Shown piece by piece: positions 61,225 through 64,000 of a DNA stretch of 64,000 bases (the first letter of the stretch is position 1; the number at the start of each line of letters is the position of its first letter). This stretch comes from an uncultured delta proteobacterium (GTDB lineage Bacteria; Desulfobacterota; Desulfobacteria; Desulfobacterales; QNYZ01), in the NCBI GenBank assembly GCA_963845145.1, contig CAWJQU010000005.1, positions 96,001-160,000 on the forward strand. The letters are read 5' to 3'. The notes beneath the pieces are model-generated. The model was not told the DNA's origin and searched no databases. It saw only the letters and a list, made by a program, of their open reading frames with translations. Both the position numbers and the translations under genes were made by a program.

Positions 61225-63753
61225 ATGCGGAAGAATGCCAAATATAAATTGCTTCTGCCGGCCTTTATTTTGTTCATAATCGGCATGGGATCGCTGTCCG
61301 CCATTGTTTATATCAATTCAAAAGAAGCGTTAATCAAGGCGGCTGAAGATCAGATGGTACAGATCGCCGGGTTGGCAAGAGAAAATGTCGATTTATGGAT
61401 AGACGAAATTCGAATGGCACTGGATAGCTGGAACGAACAGGACATTTTGAGAACAGCCACACGGGACGGATTTCTCGGAAAGGCGGCCAGGCGATCGGTT
61501 AATCGTGAGCTGGCTAAATATAAGGAAAAATATGGGTATTATGAGACCATCAGTCTCGCAAGTATCCAAGGCGTCATCATCGCCTCGTCAGACACACGGA
61601 CCATTGATAAAATATCATCTATCGATCAAAAATATTTAGCCCAATCCATGGATGACGGTCTTCAAACCCCTCGAGTGATAATAAGTCCGCTCAGTAAAAG
61701 GCCGGTATTCGTCATCGCCGGGCCTGTCAAAAGAGAGAACCAGGTCGTTGGCGTATTGTTTGCTACAGTGGTTATCGACGATTTTAAGAGACGTTTCGTG
61801 GACCCTATCAAAATCGGCGAAACGGGGTATGCCTTTATTTTTGACACAAAGGGGAATGTGTTTGTCCACCCAGACCCCCATGTCGTATTTGAAATGAATA
61901 TGACTGATTTCGACTTCGGCCGCCAAATGCTGGCAGAGGAAAACGGTGTTCTCAAAGCGAAATGGCCAGAAAAAGAAAGCCTAATCGTCTACCGGAAAAG
62001 CGCGGTAACCGGATGGATTATCGGTGTGAATGCACCCATCGATCAGTTATTCGCGCCCGTTAACCGCATCGGTCGGTTGAATATTTTTTTATGCGTGTTC
62101 ATTGTTACCTTAACCGGACTTGTCATTTACGTGGTCGCTAAAATGGGCATAATCGGAACCATTGATGGATTAATCAAAGCACGGGAAGCTGCCGAATCGG
62201 CCACCCGCGCGAAAAATAATTTTTTAGCGACCATGAGTCACGAAATTCGCACGCCCATGAATGCCATTATCGGAATGACGGATATGGTTTTGGCGACGGA
62301 GTTGAATCCAAAGCAACAAAAACATCTCGTTACCGCCAAAAAATCGGCCAACCACCTTTTAAATCTCATTAACAATATCCTTGATTTTTCCAAAATCGAA
62401 GCCCGCAAATTCAAACTCGAAAGCGTTCCTTTTGATCTCCCTTTACTTATTGAGGAGATCCGGTCGATCCTCGCTTATAAAGCGGAACGCAAAGGATTGA
62501 CGATCAAAAGTATCATCGATCGCCAAACGCCCAATTACTTAAGTGGTGATCCACAACGGTTGCGCCAGATTATTTTCAACCTGGTGAATAATGCCGTCAA
62601 ATTTACCGAGACCGGCGAAGTCAGAATTCGAGTCCAACCAGTGCCCGTCGGCAAAGATTCGATAGAAAACCGAACCAAGGTATTGTTTAGTATAGAGGAC
62701 TCCGGCCCGGGCATTCCGGCCGATAAGATCGAAACCATCTTTGACAGCTTCACCCAGCTGGACGGAAGCTATTCGCGCCGCCATGGGGGGACGGGGCTGG
62801 GACTGTCCATTTGTAGGGAATTGGTCCATCTCATGGGCGGCAAAATCACCTGCAACAGCACCGTCGGAGAGGGAAGCATCTTTTCCTTCAAAATACGTTT
62901 CAAATTGTCCACGTCCGATCAGGTTCACACCATTCGTTCTTGTGTTGAACCGCCATCTTCCGGGGATCCAGGCAACGCGTCAAAAAATCCGCTGAACATT
63001 CTCTTGGCGGATGATTTTGAAGTCAATCAGCAACTGATCACACCGATATTGGAAGAAAGAGGGCATCGTGTAAGACTTGTCGCCAATGGTGAGGAAGTAC
63101 TAAAAGCAGTAAACGAGGAGCACTTTGATCTTATTTTGATGGACGTGCAGATGCCGGTGATGGACGGCATCGAGGCCACCTGCCGACTTCGGCGGAATAA
63201 AAATCAAACGATCGCAACGATTCCCATTATCGCCATTACCGCCCATGCCCTTGTCGGCGATCGTGAAAAATTTATCCAATCGGGAATGGACGATTATGTG
63301 GCCAAACCCATCGACATGAAAATCCTGCTCAACGCCATCGCAAAGGTGACGCCCTATTGTTCTCCAGGCGACGTTCTACATGATTCTCCGCGTGGCCATT
63401 TGAAGATTGTTGACCTCGACTACGCCCTTCAACTCATGGATGGAGAGTTGGCGGTGTTAAAGGCAGCATGCCAAACAATGGTTAAAAAACTGCCTGGAAA
63501 AATAGCCGATCTCAAGGACGCTATCACTACCAAGGACAGCGCTAATGTCCGACGACTGTCCCATGGGCTAAAAGCCGCAGCAAAAAGCGTGGGAGCAGAT
63601 TCCGCTGCCGATACGGCGTTTCGCATGGAAACGCTGGCAACGGGCCCAGCCATGACTGAGACCATGGCTGAGGCCATAGAGCTGATGCCTGAATTGGATC
63701 AGGAATTCCATAAAGTAATCAAAGCACTAGATGAAACCCTATTTTTCTCATGA
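61225..63753 (+). CDS. Hybrid sensor kinase (dCache, HisKA, HATPase, REC, HPt)
   Basis: TM-Cache (IGETGYAFI..HPD)-TM; FLATMSHEIRTPMN; GDPQRLRQ; GGTGLGL; LMDVQMP; HGLKAAA. Confidence 0.93.
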   Translation: MRKNAKYKLLLPAFILFIIGMGSLSAIVYINSKEALIKAAEDQMVQIAGLARENVDLWIDEIRMALDSWNEQDILRTATRDGFLGKAARRSVNRELAKYKEKYGYYETISLASIQGVIIASSDTRTIDKISSIDQKYLAQSMDDGLQTPRVIISPLSKRPVFVIAGPVKRENQVVGVLFATVVIDDFKRRFVDPIKIGETGYAFIFDTKGNVFVHPDPHVVFEMNMTDFDFGRQMLAEENGVLKAKWPEKESLIVYRKSAVTGWIIGVNAPIDQLFAPVNRIGRLNIFLCVFIVTLTGLVIYVVAKMGIIGTIDGLIKAREAAESATRAKNNFLATMSHEIRTPMNAIIGMTDMVLATELNPKQQKHLVTAKKSANHLLNLINNILDFSKIEARKFKLESVPFDLPLLIEEIRSILAYKAERKGLTIKSIIDRQTPNYLSGDPQRLRQIIFNLVNNAVKFTETGEVRIRVQPVPVGKDSIENRTKVLFSIEDSGPGIPADKIETIFDSFTQLDGSYSRRHGGTGLGLSICRELVHLMGGKITCNSTVGEGSIFSFKIRFKLSTSDQVHTIRSCVEPPSSGDPGNASKNPLNILLADDFEVNQQLITPILEERGHRVRLVANGEEVLKAVNEEHFDLILMDVQMPVMDGIEATCRLRRNKNQTIATIPIIAITAHALVGDREKFIQSGMDDYVAKPIDMKILLNAIAKVTPYCSPGDVLHDSPRGHLKIVDLDYALQLMDGELAVLKAACQTMVKKLPGKIADLKDAITTKDSANVRRLSHGLKAAAKSVGADSAADTAFRMETLATGPAMTETMAEAIELMPELDQEFHKVIKALDETLFFS

Positions 63754-63763
63754 AAGGTGGACG

Positions 63764-64000
63764 ATGAATTTTTTTAAAGATCCCCAGCAGATACTTGACG
63801 AATCAACGCTTGTGAGCAGATTTATTGAGTATGTTAAAATCGATACGACATCGGACCATAAATCCACAACCTGCCCGAGTACTGAGCAACAGCTCGTTCT
63901 GTCCCGCAAACTGGTAGAAGAGCTCAAAACATTGGGACTCGAAGATGCTTCGTTGGATACTAATGGGTATGTCACCGGCACGCTTAAAGCAAACTGCCCC
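63764..64000 (+). CDS. pepT: Peptidase T (N-terminal part)
   Basis: RFIEYVKIDTTSD...PSTEQQ...LVEELKTLGL...NGYVTGTL; runs off the window. Confidence 0.88.
   Translation, partial: MNFFKDPQQILDESTLVSRFIEYVKIDTTSDHKSTTCPSTEQQLVLSRKLVEELKTLGLEDASLDTNGYVTGTLKANCP

Noticed and set aside
1..64000. CRISPR arrays, tRNA/rRNA genes, prophage or defence systems
   Set aside because: No repeat-spacer arrays, cloverleaf/rRNA signatures or hallmark genes were seen by eye.

Overview
A 64-kb chromosomal segment from an anaerobic Desulfobacterota (Desulfobacterales-like) bacterium; the taxonomy is inferred from gene content. In order, the window holds: (1) a cytoplasmic phosphorelay cluster (REC-HisKA_3 kinase, NarL-type regulator, bacteriohemerythrin, stand-alone receiver); (2) 5-formyl-THF cyclo-ligase and serS-thrC, followed by a LysM protein and a PilF/Tgl-like TPR lipoprotein; (3) a type II secretion operon (gspFGHIJKLMNCDE plus a TPR gene, with no prepilin peptidase or gspS); (4) two decayed IS remnants; (5) pilMNOPQ with a downstream lipoprotein, a candidate sigma-54 promoter and a divergent PilS/PilR-like pair; (6) recN and a sat-cysC fusion/cysQ/manC operon; (7) a three-gene split glutamate synthase, purF, a radical SAM gene and rsmF; (8) an aldehyde:ferredoxin oxidoreductase divergent from an SDR/ThDP enzyme/SBF symporter/SDR cluster; (9) a CdaA-YbbR fusion, a hybrid kinase and partial pepT. 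Several otherwise intact genes carry single-base frameshifts that look like assembly errors. I saw no rRNA, tRNA or CRISPR array. The best candidates for undescribed biology are the HACL-like ThDP/SDR/symporter/AOR catabolic module, the Sat-CysC fusion with a degenerate sulfurylase site, and the hemerythrin phosphorelay with a 23-bp-periodic operator array. All calls come from reading motifs by eye; no database searches were run.
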